NCBI GenBank assembly: GCA_022711075.1
Contig: JAKLFS010000002.1
Location: forward strand, 1 to 40,590
Direction: 5' to 3'
DNA length: 40,590 nt
From: Patescibacteria group bacterium
Lineage (GTDB): Bacteria; Patescibacteriota; Minisyncoccia; UBA6257; JAAZHW01
Below are positions 8,204-17,615 of this stretch, one piece after another (position 1 is the stretch's first letter; every line of letters begins with the position of its first letter). Below the pieces are notes generated by a model, which had not been told where the DNA came from, made no database searches, and saw nothing but the letters and a program-made list of their open reading frames with translations. The translations under genes and the position numbers were made by a program.

Positions 8204-9199
8204 ATGAGTGAGAAAAAAAATTTGGATATTGTTCAAACGTTGTCTTTCCCAAGGAACAGAGGTTTGTTCCGTAATGATTGGCAGGGCAAGATTGTGCGTC
8301 GAGCGTTAATCGGGGAATTGTTTCTAAGGGGTAAGTTGGGGGTGGCCGAGACGTTTCGGGGCCTGCTGCCGTGGCGTGCCCCGCTGTTTAAAGGATGGCG
8401 CAATGACTTTGACTATTCGTCATTGTTAGCCGGATATTTCCTGAAAGATAAAAATTATGCATTTAATCCCGTTAATTTTTTGGGTTATGAATTAAATTAT
8501 TTACCCGTTGATTTTACCGGTGCTGATGACTGGGCTAAAGCTTTTTGCGTGGCGGCGGATATGGTGGCGCAGATTGTTTCGGTTGATCAATATTGTGCCC
8601 GTGAATTTATCAAGAAAAACTCCACAATTATCGATGTCGGGGCCAATATCGGAATTTTTTCTTTATTTGCCAATTATTTGTCCCGTTCCGGCAATGTTTA
8701 TGCGTTTGAGCCGACTCCGAAGATATTTGCCATTCTGGAACGTAATGTGACTGCCAATAATTTATCGCAAAATATCCATATTGTTAATAAGGCCCTTGGC
8801 GATAAAGATAGAAAAATAATGCTTATGCAATCGCCGGATGCTTTAGAAAGCGCCAATAGGGTTGTTGAGAGTAACCTTTTAATTAATAATAAAAGGGGGT
8901 TGGTTAATTTTGAAGAAGTATCGATGACAACCTTAGATAAATTTATTCAGGAAAGTAATATAAAAAAAGTTGATTTTATTAAAATTGATGCCGAGGGCTA
9001 TGAACAGCAAATCCTTAAAGGCGCCGGAGAAGTGATTAAAAAATTTTCTCCGGTCATTGCTTGCTCGGCCTACCATTTAAAAAATGATGAGATGGAAATA
9101 CCCAAATTAGTTTTGTCTCTGAATGACCAATACGATTATCGTTTGGAAAAACGCAGAGAAAAAGATTTGATTTTTTGGCCGAAAAATAACCATGATTAA
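8204..9199 (+). CDS. FkbM-family SAM-dependent methyltransferase
   Basis: SAM-binding motif IIDVGANIGIFSLFA...VYAFEP, followed by FIKIDAEGYE, as is typical of FkbM methyltransferases. Confidence 0.8.
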   Translation: MSEKKNLDIVQTLSFPRNRGLFRNDWQGKIVRRALIGELFLRGKLGVAETFRGLLPWRAPLFKGWRNDFDYSSLLAGYFLKDKNYAFNPVNFLGYELNYLPVDFTGADDWAKAFCVAADMVAQIVSVDQYCAREFIKKNSTIIDVGANIGIFSLFANYLSRSGNVYAFEPTPKIFAILERNVTANNLSQNIHIVNKALGDKDRKIMLMQSPDALESANRVVESNLLINNKRGLVNFEEVSMTTLDKFIQESNIKKVDFIKIDAEGYEQQILKGAGEVIKKFSPVIACSAYHLKNDEMEIPKLVLSLNDQYDYRLEKRREKDLIFWPKNNHD

Positions 9200-10355
9200 G
9201 GAAATTTCAATATTTTTTGAACAGTTCGAGCCCGTCCACGAAATTAAGGATACGGGCCAGATTATTTTTGGCTTGATTGATGTCGGTATTAAGGTTGAGC
9301 TAATTACTATTAATAAAGATTGTCTGAAACGATATCGACCCTTGTTTCCAGTTATCCGAGCAAAAATCGGCGATCTGACCGATGTGGGTTTTTGGGAAAG
9401 ATTAGAATCCGATACCATTATATTTTATTATGGCCTGCGCCAATATAAAAAGCATTTTCAAGCTATCAAAGCTGCCAATAAAAAAATAATCATTAAATTG
9501 GATTCTGATGGTCGACTTTGGTATCCTTTGCATTATTTTCGTTCCCAGCGCTTTAAGCATGCCAGTGGATTATTTAGGCGGTTGGCCAGAGCCATTAAGT
9601 GGAGCATGCCGTTATGGCGCAAAAATATTGTTCGAGCAGATTTTAAGCAATTAGAAATGGCTGATGCCATTATTATTGAGAGTCCGGAAGCCCGAAATAA
9701 TTTGATCCATTTGTATGATTATTGGAATCAGCCGGAACTGGCGGAAAAAACTTATGTTGTTCCCCATCCTCTTGAGCCGTTATTTACGTCCGGCGGTCTG
9801 GCGCCGGAAAAAGAAAATACGATTATAGCGGTTGGCCGTTGGAATTATTCGGAAGCGAAAAACCCAAAATTATTGGTAAAAACTTTGGTGAATTTCTTGC
9901 GTTCTAAAAAAGATTATCAAGCTAAAATTATCGGTAGCGGCGACGATGTCGTAAGGAAGTTATTAGATAAATACGGAAGTGATCTTGGCGACAGGGTGAA
10001 GATTTTAGGCCATTTAACGCATAACCAATTACAAGCGCATTTAAAAACTGCGCAAATATTTTTCATGCCGTCGCGGTGGGAAAGTTTCGGCTTGGCCGCT
10101 GCCGAAGCTGTTTGTTGCGGCTGTTCCATTGTCGGAACTCCGCTGGAACCGCTGAAGTATTTATCCGGGCAGGGTTTTTCCGGAGAAACGGCCGCAGATT
10201 TTTCTTTAAAGGCTGTTTCCTCCGCTCTTTTCTTGGCCGCAGACAAATGGGAGCATAAAGAATATAATCCGGAAGAAATCGCTAATTTTTGGAGAGAGAA
10301 GCTGGACAGGAAAACTATTGCTCAAGAAATTATTCAAATCGCCGAAAAGATCTAA
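9192..10355 (+). CDS. Glycosyltransferase, GT4 (GT-B fold)
   Basis: C-terminal GT1/GT4 signature FFMPSRWESFGLAAAEAVCCGCSIVGT. The start overlaps the FkbM stop (ATGATTAA). Confidence 0.8.
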   Translation: MIKEISIFFEQFEPVHEIKDTGQIIFGLIDVGIKVELITINKDCLKRYRPLFPVIRAKIGDLTDVGFWERLESDTIIFYYGLRQYKKHFQAIKAANKKIIIKLDSDGRLWYPLHYFRSQRFKHASGLFRRLARAIKWSMPLWRKNIVRADFKQLEMADAIIIESPEARNNLIHLYDYWNQPELAEKTYVVPHPLEPLFTSGGLAPEKENTIIAVGRWNYSEAKNPKLLVKTLVNFLRSKKDYQAKIIGSGDDVVRKLLDKYGSDLGDRVKILGHLTHNQLQAHLKTAQIFFMPSRWESFGLAAAEAVCCGCSIVGTPLEPLKYLSGQGFSGETAADFSLKAVSSALFLAADKWEHKEYNPEEIANFWREKLDRKTIAQEIIQIAEKI

Positions 10356-10359
10356 TTCT

Positions 10360-11526
10360 ATGAAATTAGCCATTTTTTATCCTTATTTTAATAGGCAAGG
10401 GGGCGTAGAAAAAATCATTGATTTTTATTTGAAGAATTTGGCGGAGGAGAAGAACGTGGAAATAACCTGTTTTGGCTTGCGGGCGTCGGCTGAGATTAAA
10501 AATGATTATATGGCCAAAGTGAAGTTTAAAGAGTTAAAAATTCCGCTCGTTAACCCCTTCTTGACGCACCTTTGTTTTTTCTCTTGGGCTTCCTGGGTGG
10601 TGCGTTTTTCCAAGTTTGACGTCTACTATTCCCATTTTCCGATTTTGAGTTTTAACAAAAATTTCCTTTATCACGTTCATTCGGTTCAACGATCGGTGAT
10701 TCGGGCCATTGAGAAAAATAACGGTTGGTCGGGGAAATTAAGATATTTCTTGAGGCGGTACTATCCTTTGCCGATTGTTTTGGAAAAAGGGGCGTTTCGT
10801 TTCCACGAAAATAAAAAGTTTATTGCAGTCTCGCCGAAAATCAAAAGAGAAATCATTGAGGAATATAAAATTCCGGAAAACGCCATCGTTACGATTCCGG
10901 CGCCGATAGCTTTGGAGAAATTCTCTTTTTTAAATCGGGAAAAATGGCAAAAAGAAGCAAGGGGTCAATACGACTTTCTCTCCAGGCCGAATTGGCTCTG
11001 GCTGGGTACGGTTGTTAATCGCTTAACCGAAAAAAACGTCCGCTTGATGCTTCAGGCCCTGACCGGCGTTTGGCGCAATGTCGGTTTGATAATTGTCGGT
11101 TTGCCCCGGAAGAAAGACGTTATGCGTTTGCGCCGCTGGCTCAAAGCGTTGTGCCTTGAAAAAAGGGTATTTTTCCTCGGTCCGCAATCAAATTTGGAAA
11201 AGATTTATTCTCTTTTTGACTTTTTTATTCTTCCTTCTTTTTACGAGTCATTCGGTTTAAGCGTGATGGAATCGTTATTGATGGGAACGCCGGCAATTGT
11301 TTCCAAGGAAATCGGTTGCGTGGACTTCTTGCCTGTGGAAATAAAAAGGGAAATGCTCATTGAATTAGCCGATATTAAGCAGGAAGGGGAGTTGGCCGCC
11401 GTTTTAAAAACAACAAAGCCGTTGGTAATGGAAGGAAAAACTGAAAAACTATCTGTTTTGGCGGATTACGTCCGAAAGCTTAATATCAATGGCTTGACCG
11501 AGCTTAAAAAACTTTTAAATATATGA
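10360..11526 (+). CDS. Glycosyltransferase, GT4 (GT-B fold)
   Basis: N-terminus MKLAIFYPYFNRQGGVEK and C-terminal FILPSFYESFGLSVMESLLMGTPAIVS. The ATG at 10360 is preferred over the track start at 10318, which overlaps the previous gene. Confidence 0.75.
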   Translation: MKLAIFYPYFNRQGGVEKIIDFYLKNLAEEKNVEITCFGLRASAEIKNDYMAKVKFKELKIPLVNPFLTHLCFFSWASWVVRFSKFDVYYSHFPILSFNKNFLYHVHSVQRSVIRAIEKNNGWSGKLRYFLRRYYPLPIVLEKGAFRFHENKKFIAVSPKIKREIIEEYKIPENAIVTIPAPIALEKFSFLNREKWQKEARGQYDFLSRPNWLWLGTVVNRLTEKNVRLMLQALTGVWRNVGLIIVGLPRKKDVMRLRRWLKALCLEKRVFFLGPQSNLEKIYSLFDFFILPSFYESFGLSVMESLLMGTPAIVSKEIGCVDFLPVEIKREMLIELADIKQEGELAAVLKTTKPLVMEGKTEKLSVLADYVRKLNINGLTELKKLLNI

Positions 11527-12533
11527 TTCATATTAAAGTTTCAATTATTATCCCCACTCACAAAAGGAAAGATTTGTTAAAAAACTGCTTAGCCAAACTG
11601 GCGGAAATCGAGCGGGATGATTTCGAAATAATAATTGTTAATGATTATTTGTCTGATGATTTGAGTGATGTCATCGGTGGTAATTTGATGGGTAAGGCCT
11701 CGATTTTTAATAATCAGAAAAATTTGGGGCCGGCTTGTAGCCGGAATCTGGGTGCCGTTCATGCCCAAGGAGAAATTTTGGCCTTTATTGACGACGATAT
11801 TTTAGTTTCCAAAAATTGGATAGACGTAGGCGTGCGGGCTTTCTCTGAAAATGATAACCGGGTGGCCGTGGTCGGGAAAACCGTTCTTCCAACCGGACAA
11901 TTTCCCCACCCCTTCAGGCATTTTATGATTAATGATCATCCGGGCCGATATCCATCTTGCAATTTGTGGATAAAAAAGGCGGCCTTTGAAAAAGCCGGCG
12001 GTTTTTCTTCGGATTTTTTTGATAAGCGTTGGAAAATTTTTCATCATGAAGATGCGGATTTGTGTTTTCGTTTAATGAAAATAGGAACCGTTGTTTTTAA
12101 CGAAGAATTAATAGCGGAACATCCGGCTCATTCTTACTCTTGGCACAATCCGTTAAAAGCCGCTAAAAAAGTTTTCTTTGACCCGCTTTTGTTCAAGCGC
12201 CATCCGCAAAAATACGATTTATTGACCAGGCGTTGTTTCCAGCGCTTCTGCCTGAAAAGAGCGCGTACACGACCGAGAATTATTGATTTTTGGCTTTTTG
12301 TTTTAGCTGTGGTGCTGCTTTTTTATTCGTTTTGGTGGTTGGCCGGCGCCTTAGTGCTATTGGGAATTATTTTACTTAAAGTTGATGTCGTCAGAAAAAT
12401 TGGCTGGAATAATATTTTTAGGATAAAAATCTGGGAATGGCCGGCTATTCTGGCTGTTCAATTTTTAGCCCTTATTTATTTTAATGTTTTTCTGGTTTTG
12501 GGAATGTTTAGGGCCAAAAAATTTTTCTTCTAA
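11523..12533 (+). CDS. Glycosyltransferase family 2 (GT-A fold) with C-terminal transmembrane helices
   Basis: VSIIIPTHKRKDLL, IIIVNDY and FIDDDIL (DxD) are present, with hydrophobic helices at the C-terminus. An ATGA overlap joins it to the upstream gene. Confidence 0.8.
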   Translation: MIHIKVSIIIPTHKRKDLLKNCLAKLAEIERDDFEIIIVNDYLSDDLSDVIGGNLMGKASIFNNQKNLGPACSRNLGAVHAQGEILAFIDDDILVSKNWIDVGVRAFSENDNRVAVVGKTVLPTGQFPHPFRHFMINDHPGRYPSCNLWIKKAAFEKAGGFSSDFFDKRWKIFHHEDADLCFRLMKIGTVVFNEELIAEHPAHSYSWHNPLKAAKKVFFDPLLFKRHPQKYDLLTRRCFQRFCLKRARTRPRIIDFWLFVLAVVLLFYSFWWLAGALVLLGIILLKVDVVRKIGWNNIFRIKIWEWPAILAVQFLALIYFNVFLVLGMFRAKKFFF

Positions 12534-12606
12534 AATGACGTTAGGCAGAAAAGCCGGATTTAAAATAATAGAAGAGCGTTGTATGATTAAGTAGAAGGTG
12601 ATTAAT

Positions 12607-13704
12607 ATGCAAAAAATTCTTCAAGTAAACAAACTGTATTATCCTTGGATCGGCGGAGTGGAAACTGTCGTTCAACAAATAGCCGAGGGGCTGAGGGATA
12701 AAGCGCAAATGGAAGTTTTGGTTTGCCAGCCCAAAGGAAAAGGAAGGACCGAAGTAATTAACGGCATCAAAATCTATAAGGCTGCTAGTTGGGGGATGAC
12801 AATGGGAATGCCGATTTCTTTGAGTTTTTTCCGCCTCTTTAAAAAATTGATCAAAGAAAACGATTTGATTTTTTTGCATCATCCGTATCCTTTGGGATTT
12901 TTAGCTTATTATTTGTTCGGTCGTTCTAAAAAGATGGTTGTTTGGTATCATTCCGACATCGTTAAACAGAAATTTTCCGGCTTTCTCTTTTCGCCGATTG
13001 TAAAAACGGTTTTAAAAAAATCCCGGAAAATATTTGTTTCCAACCCGAATTTAATTATCGGTTCCAAAATATTAAAAAAATTTCCGGAGAAATGCGTAGT
13101 TATTCCGTTCGGCATCAAGCCGGAATTCTTTCAGGCCAGCGATGAAGTTTTGAGGCGAGCCCAAGAAATTAAGAAAGAATTCGGCGAACCGCTTGTTTTG
13201 GCGATTGGCCGTCTGACCAATTACAAGGGTTTTGAGTATTTGATTGAGGCCAGCCGAAATGTTAACGCCAAATTTTTATTAATTGGCGAGGGAACTTTAA
13301 AAAACAAACTTTTGCGTCGCATTCGGCGTTTTCATTTGGGGAATAAGTTTTTTCTTATTCCGCCGGTTTCTGATCCGCTTCCTTATTATCAGGCCTGCGA
13401 TGTTTTTGTTCTGCCCTCAATTAAAAGATCTGAAGCCTTTGGCATAGTTTTATTGGAGGCAATGGCCTGCGCCAAACCGGTTATTTCTACGGAATTGGGA
13501 ACCGGCACCAGCTTTATTAATGAAGATAAAAGAACCGGCTTGGTGGTAGAACCGAAAAATGCCCTGCCTTTAGCCGAAAACCTTAATGATTTAATCGCTG
13601 ACGATGCTTTACGAACCGCTTTTGGCAAAAATGCCAAGGAGCGGGCAGGGGAATTTACTTCAGAGAAATTCTTGGAAAAAATCTGGCGAGAGTTGGCCAG
13701 CTAA
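12607..13704 (+). CDS. Glycosyltransferase, GT4 (GT-B fold)
   Basis: MQKILQVNKLYYPWIGGVE at the N-terminus and VLPSIKRSEAFGIVLLEAMACAKPVISTELGTG near the C-terminus. AAGGTG lies 6 nt upstream of the ATG at 12607. Confidence 0.85.
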   Translation: MQKILQVNKLYYPWIGGVETVVQQIAEGLRDKAQMEVLVCQPKGKGRTEVINGIKIYKAASWGMTMGMPISLSFFRLFKKLIKENDLIFLHHPYPLGFLAYYLFGRSKKMVVWYHSDIVKQKFSGFLFSPIVKTVLKKSRKIFVSNPNLIIGSKILKKFPEKCVVIPFGIKPEFFQASDEVLRRAQEIKKEFGEPLVLAIGRLTNYKGFEYLIEASRNVNAKFLLIGEGTLKNKLLRRIRRFHLGNKFFLIPPVSDPLPYYQACDVFVLPSIKRSEAFGIVLLEAMACAKPVISTELGTGTSFINEDKRTGLVVEPKNALPLAENLNDLIADDALRTAFGKNAKERAGEFTSEKFLEKIWRELAS

Positions 13705-13709
13705 GCGGT

Positions 13710-13738
13710 TTGGCATTTTTTATTTTTATCGTTATAAT
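13710..13738 (+). promoter_or_regulatory. Putative promoter TTGGCA-17-TATAAT
   Basis: TTGGCA (13710-13715), 17-nt spacer, TATAAT (13733-13738). The ATG of the next gene is 8 nt downstream. Confidence 0.55.
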
Positions 13739-13746
13739 GGGATTGT

Positions 13747-14772
13747 ATGAGCGATTTTTCCAAAAAAGAAATATCCTGGGGTAGTTTTTGGCGGTTGGCG
13801 CTGATCGTTATTTTTTTACTTTCGGCATTTTATTTGCGTTCGGTTCTGGTCGTTTTGCTCTTTGCCGTTATTATTTCTTCGGCTTTGGAACCGCTGGTAA
13901 ACTGGTTTGAACGTCGTGGCTGGGGCCGAATTTGGTCCACCCTTCTTTTGTATCTTTTAAGCATTTCTTTGCTGGCCACTTTTCTCTTTTTTGTTGTGCC
14001 CATAGTCTATCAGGAATTTTTAGGCGTAATTGCTTTGATCCCCGGTTATTCGGAAAAAATTTCTAATTCTTTCGTCGGGTCGCAATTTTCCCAAAGCATT
14101 AACGATATCATCATCAATTACGGCGGATCGCTGTTAAAGAGCGGCGCTGTGGTTATTTCCACGTTGGTGAATATCGCCGGCGGCATTGCTTCGGCAGTCA
14201 GTGTTTTGTTGATTTCTTTCTATCTGTTGATGCGGCGTGATGGGATTTCTGATTTTCTGCGCAATGTTCTTCCTCAGGGCATAGAAAATGAAGTGGTGCG
14301 GGTTTGGCAGCGCAGCCGCTATCGGATTGGCCGCTGGTTTCGCACTCAGTTAATTCTGAGCTTGTTTGTCGGTTTTTTGGTTTTCCTCTCCCTTTGGATT
14401 ATGGGAGTCAGATATAGTTTGATTTTGGGCATAGTGGCGGCCATCTTTGAAATTGTTCCGATCGCCGGACCGATTTTTGCCGGAGCGGTCAGTGCGGTAG
14501 TGGCTTTAACTCAATCCTTGCCTTTGGCTATCTGGGTGATTATTGTTTTCCTTCTTATTCAACAGCTGGAAAGCAATATTTTTGTTCCTTTGATTATGAA
14601 AAAATCAGTCGGCTTGAATCCGATTATGATTATTCTGGGAATTTTGGCTGGGGCCAAATTGGGCGGGATTGTCGGAGTGGTTTTGGCGGCGCCAGTACTG
14701 GTTTTTTTGGAAGAAATAATAACGGAATTAAATCGCCGAAAAACTCATTACTTGCCGATTAAAGAAGATTAA
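13747..14772 (+). CDS. AI-2E family transporter (PerM/YhhT-like, UPF0118)
   Basis: Polytopic membrane protein with the family-typical C-terminal region FEIVPIAGPIFAG...LLIQQLESNIFVPLIMKKSVGLNP. Confidence 0.85.
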   Translation: MSDFSKKEISWGSFWRLALIVIFLLSAFYLRSVLVVLLFAVIISSALEPLVNWFERRGWGRIWSTLLLYLLSISLLATFLFFVVPIVYQEFLGVIALIPGYSEKISNSFVGSQFSQSINDIIINYGGSLLKSGAVVISTLVNIAGGIASAVSVLLISFYLLMRRDGISDFLRNVLPQGIENEVVRVWQRSRYRIGRWFRTQLILSLFVGFLVFLSLWIMGVRYSLILGIVAAIFEIVPIAGPIFAGAVSAVVALTQSLPLAIWVIIVFLLIQQLESNIFVPLIMKKSVGLNPIMIILGILAGAKLGGIVGVVLAAPVLVFLEEIITELNRRKTHYLPIKED

Positions 14773-15296
14773 ATCAAAAGCAGGGCCGTTAGCGCTACGA
14801 TGATTTGATTCATAACCCCCCAAAAGATTCGGGGGTTTTCTGATTTTTGGCCGTGAATGTTGTGATGGATTTTTTGATAGAAATTAGATATTTTGTAGCT
14901 AAAATTATCAGCGGGTTCGGTGTTATTCGCATTGATTGTCTCGCCAAGAAATAATTTTTTCCAGCTGCGATTTTTGGAAAAATAGGCAATGGCATTGAGG
15001 CCATCTGGCAGTATGCCCAAAAATCCGCCGATTAGAACATTGAACAGGTTGCCCTTATGATTGTTAAAGATTATAATCAAAATAAAGCCTGCCGCTAAGT
15101 CCAGAGTCAACTTTAATATTACCAGCCAGAAGTTTTTGCTTTTCCAGCCGAAGGAGATTCCTTTTAAACTGTAATCGCAATGGGGAATAAGGTCTAAAAC
15201 AAAATGGCTGCAAAAAGCCAAAACCCAGCCCAACCAAGTTGTTTTAATTTGACTGCTCAGGGCGGCGCCGGCTAATGCATGAACAACTAAAATCAT
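14769..15296 (-). CDS. Small integral membrane protein, possibly a YdjM/DUF457-like membrane-bound metal-dependent hydrolase
   Basis: Hydrophobic protein with His/Asp clusters (VVHALAGA, SHFVLDLIPHCDY, GILPDG). The family assignment is tentative. Confidence 0.4.
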   Translation of the reverse strand: MILVVHALAGAALSSQIKTTWLGWVLAFCSHFVLDLIPHCDYSLKGISFGWKSKNFWLVILKLTLDLAAGFILIIIFNNHKGNLFNVLIGGFLGILPDGLNAIAYFSKNRSWKKLFLGETINANNTEPADNFSYKISNFYQKIHHNIHGQKSENPRIFWGVMNQIIVALTALLLI

Positions 15297-15332
15297 AAAT
15301 TATTTCTTCAATTTTAACACAACTTCCAAACA

Positions 15333-16817
15333 ATGTCTAAAAAAATTTACATTACAACATCTCTTCCCTATGTTAATGCCGATCCTCATCTCGGTCATGC
15401 TCTGGAATTTGTTCAGACTGATTGCGTTGTTAGGTATCAAAGACTAATTGGCAATGAAGTTTTTTTCATTTCTGGAGCTGATGAGAATAGTTTAAAAAAT
15501 GTTTTAGCGGCGGAAAAGGCGGGGGTGTCAGTTCAAGATTGGGTAAATAAACAGTCTGATACCATTTATAGATTTAAAGACGCTTATAATATTTCTTTCG
15601 ATGATTTCATTAAAACTACTCAATTGCGTCACGTTGAAGGCGCGCAAAAGATGTGGTTGTCAGCCAAAGAGGATATTTATAAAGGGTATTACGAAGGTTT
15701 ATACTGCGTTGGCTGTGAAGATTTTTATAGGGAAGCGGATTTGGTTGACGGCTGTTGTCCGGAACATAAAACTAAGCCTGAAATTGTCAAAGAGGAAAAC
15801 TATTTTTTCCGCTTGAGTAAATATCAAAAGCAGTTGGAAGAAATTTATCAAGACAATCAAATTGGCATTTATCCCAGCAGCCGCAAAAGCGACATTTACA
15901 ATTTTTTGAAAGAAGGATTAAGAGATTTCAGTATTTCACGTTCACAGACGCGGGCGCATAATTGGGGCATTCCGGTGCCTGAGGATAAAAGTCAGGCAAT
16001 TTATGTTTGGTTTGACGCTTTGTGCAATTATGTGACCGTTTTGGGTTATGCTAAAAATTCTCCGCTTTTCCGGGCTTGGTGGGAAGACGAATCAACTGAA
16101 ATCTGGCATTTTATCGGTAAGGATATTTCCAAGTTCCACTGCATTTATTGGCCAGCCATGCTGATGGCTGCCAAGTTGCGTTTGCCGTCTAAAATTATCA
16201 TTCACGGCTTTATCACTTCGGAAGGGGAAAAGATGTCTAAAAGTTTGGGTAATGGTTTGAATCCTTTTGAATTGGCCAAAGAATACGGCCCCGATGTTCT
16301 GCGTTATTATATGTTAAGGGAATTTTCTTTGGCTCAGGACGGCGATTTTAATCGAATAACGCTTTTGGAGCGTTATAATAAAGAATTGGCCAATGGCTTG
16401 GGCAATCTTTTAAGCCGGGTGACGACATTGATGGAGAAAAATGGTGGTCGGGTCAAACCAGAATTTAATTTATTGAGTTCAGCCATTGAAGAAACTTGGC
16501 AAAAATATAATGAAGCCTTTTCCGAATTTAAAATAAATTTGGCAGTTGATAGTTTTTTGCAATTAATTACCAAGGCCGACGCTTTTGTTAATGAAAAACA
16601 AATCTGGAAAATAGAGGATAAAGAACAGTTGGAGCAGTTCCTATCTTCTTTGTGGCTGATTTTGGCGAATCTCTCTCTTTTAATTGAACCGTTTATGCCG
16701 GAAACCAGCAAGAAAATAAAAGAATCCTTAGGAATCAAAAATGAGAAAAAAGAAGATTGGTCAAAAACAACTTTTGCAGTTAAAAAAATCTCCGCTCTTT
16801 TTCCGCGCAAGCAATAA
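15333..16817 (+). CDS. metG: Methionyl-tRNA synthetase, minimal form of 494 aa
   Basis: TTSLPYVNADPHLGHALEF (HIGH), a zinc knuckle (CVGC...CCPEH) and KMSKSLGN. Confidence 0.95.
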   Translation: MSKKIYITTSLPYVNADPHLGHALEFVQTDCVVRYQRLIGNEVFFISGADENSLKNVLAAEKAGVSVQDWVNKQSDTIYRFKDAYNISFDDFIKTTQLRHVEGAQKMWLSAKEDIYKGYYEGLYCVGCEDFYREADLVDGCCPEHKTKPEIVKEENYFFRLSKYQKQLEEIYQDNQIGIYPSSRKSDIYNFLKEGLRDFSISRSQTRAHNWGIPVPEDKSQAIYVWFDALCNYVTVLGYAKNSPLFRAWWEDESTEIWHFIGKDISKFHCIYWPAMLMAAKLRLPSKIIIHGFITSEGEKMSKSLGNGLNPFELAKEYGPDVLRYYMLREFSLAQDGDFNRITLLERYNKELANGLGNLLSRVTTLMEKNGGRVKPEFNLLSSAIEETWQKYNEAFSEFKINLAVDSFLQLITKADAFVNEKQIWKIEDKEQLEQFLSSLWLILANLSLLIEPFMPETSKKIKESLGIKNEKKEDWSKTTFAVKKISALFPRKQ

Positions 16818-17584
16818 TGTCTTATTTAATTGATAGTCACAGTCATTTGGATTTTGAAGATTTTGATAAGGATCGCGATTCAGTTATTCAGCGGGCTTTT
16901 GATTCTGGGTTAAAAGCGATAATCACTATCGGCACGAATTTGGAATCGTCTAAAAAATCCATCGCCTTGGCGGAAAAATACGAAAATATTTTTGCCACCG
17001 TCAGCCTGCATCCGATTGACGTTGATAAGGAAGAATTCATCGGCTTAACCTTTTTGGATTTGGCTCATCATCCAAAAGTTGTGGCCATCGGCGAAACTGG
17101 TTTGGATTATTATCATTCAAGCGATAAAGAAAAGCAAAAACAGGTTTTTCAGAAGCTGGTTCAAATTGCCATTGAAGTTGAGAAACCCATTATTATTCAT
17201 TCCCGCGATGCTGATGAGGATATTTTATTCTTGCTGAAAGAAATGGCTTTGCCGAAATCCCGAGGCGTTATTCATTGCTTTGGTCGGGATTATGAAATGG
17301 CCAAGAAGTTTTTAGATTTGGGATTTTTAATTTCTTACACCGGCAACATCACTTATGGTTCGGAAAGGCAAAAATCAATTACAGAGGTCCCTTTAGAAAA
17401 AATAATAGTTGAAACTGATTGTCCGTTTTTGGCGCCCGTTCCTTTTCGCGGCCAGAGAAACGAGCCGTCTTGCGTTAAATACGTGGCTGAAAAAATAGCG
17501 GAAATTAAAAAAATTGATTTTTCGGCCGTTGCAGAACAAACAACAAAAAACTGCATCAAATTGTTTAATTTGCCGATTATTTGA
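16817..17584 (+). CDS. TatD-family metal-dependent hydrolase/DNase
   Basis: DSHSHLDF, GETGLDYY, IIIHSRDA, GVIHCF and VETDCPFLAP are present. It has a 1-nt overlap with the metG stop (TAATG). Confidence 0.9.
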   Translation: MSYLIDSHSHLDFEDFDKDRDSVIQRAFDSGLKAIITIGTNLESSKKSIALAEKYENIFATVSLHPIDVDKEEFIGLTFLDLAHHPKVVAIGETGLDYYHSSDKEKQKQVFQKLVQIAIEVEKPIIIHSRDADEDILFLLKEMALPKSRGVIHCFGRDYEMAKKFLDLGFLISYTGNITYGSERQKSITEVPLEKIIVETDCPFLAPVPFRGQRNEPSCVKYVAEKIAEIKKIDFSAVAEQTTKNCIKLFNLPII

Positions 17585-17609
17585 TTTCTATTGCTAAAAT
17601 CATTATCAT
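17581..17609 (+). promoter_or_regulatory. Putative promoter TTGATT-17-TATCAT
   Basis: TTGATT (17581-17586, overlapping the tatD stop), 17-nt spacer, TATCAT (17604-17609). The ATG lies 6 nt downstream. An alternative extended -10, TGcTAAAAT, sits at 17592-17600. Confidence 0.45.
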
Positions 17610-17615
17610 TAACGT

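Noticed and set aside
10318-10359. N-terminal 14-codon extension of the second GT4 gene given in the ORF track
   Set aside because: It overlaps the 3' end of the preceding gene. The ATG at 10360 yields the canonical GT4 N-terminus MKLAIFYPYF..GG.E.
16373-16810. 145-aa minus-strand ORF at the 3' end of metG
   Set aside because: It is antisense to the conserved MetRS anticodon-binding region and has no supporting signals.
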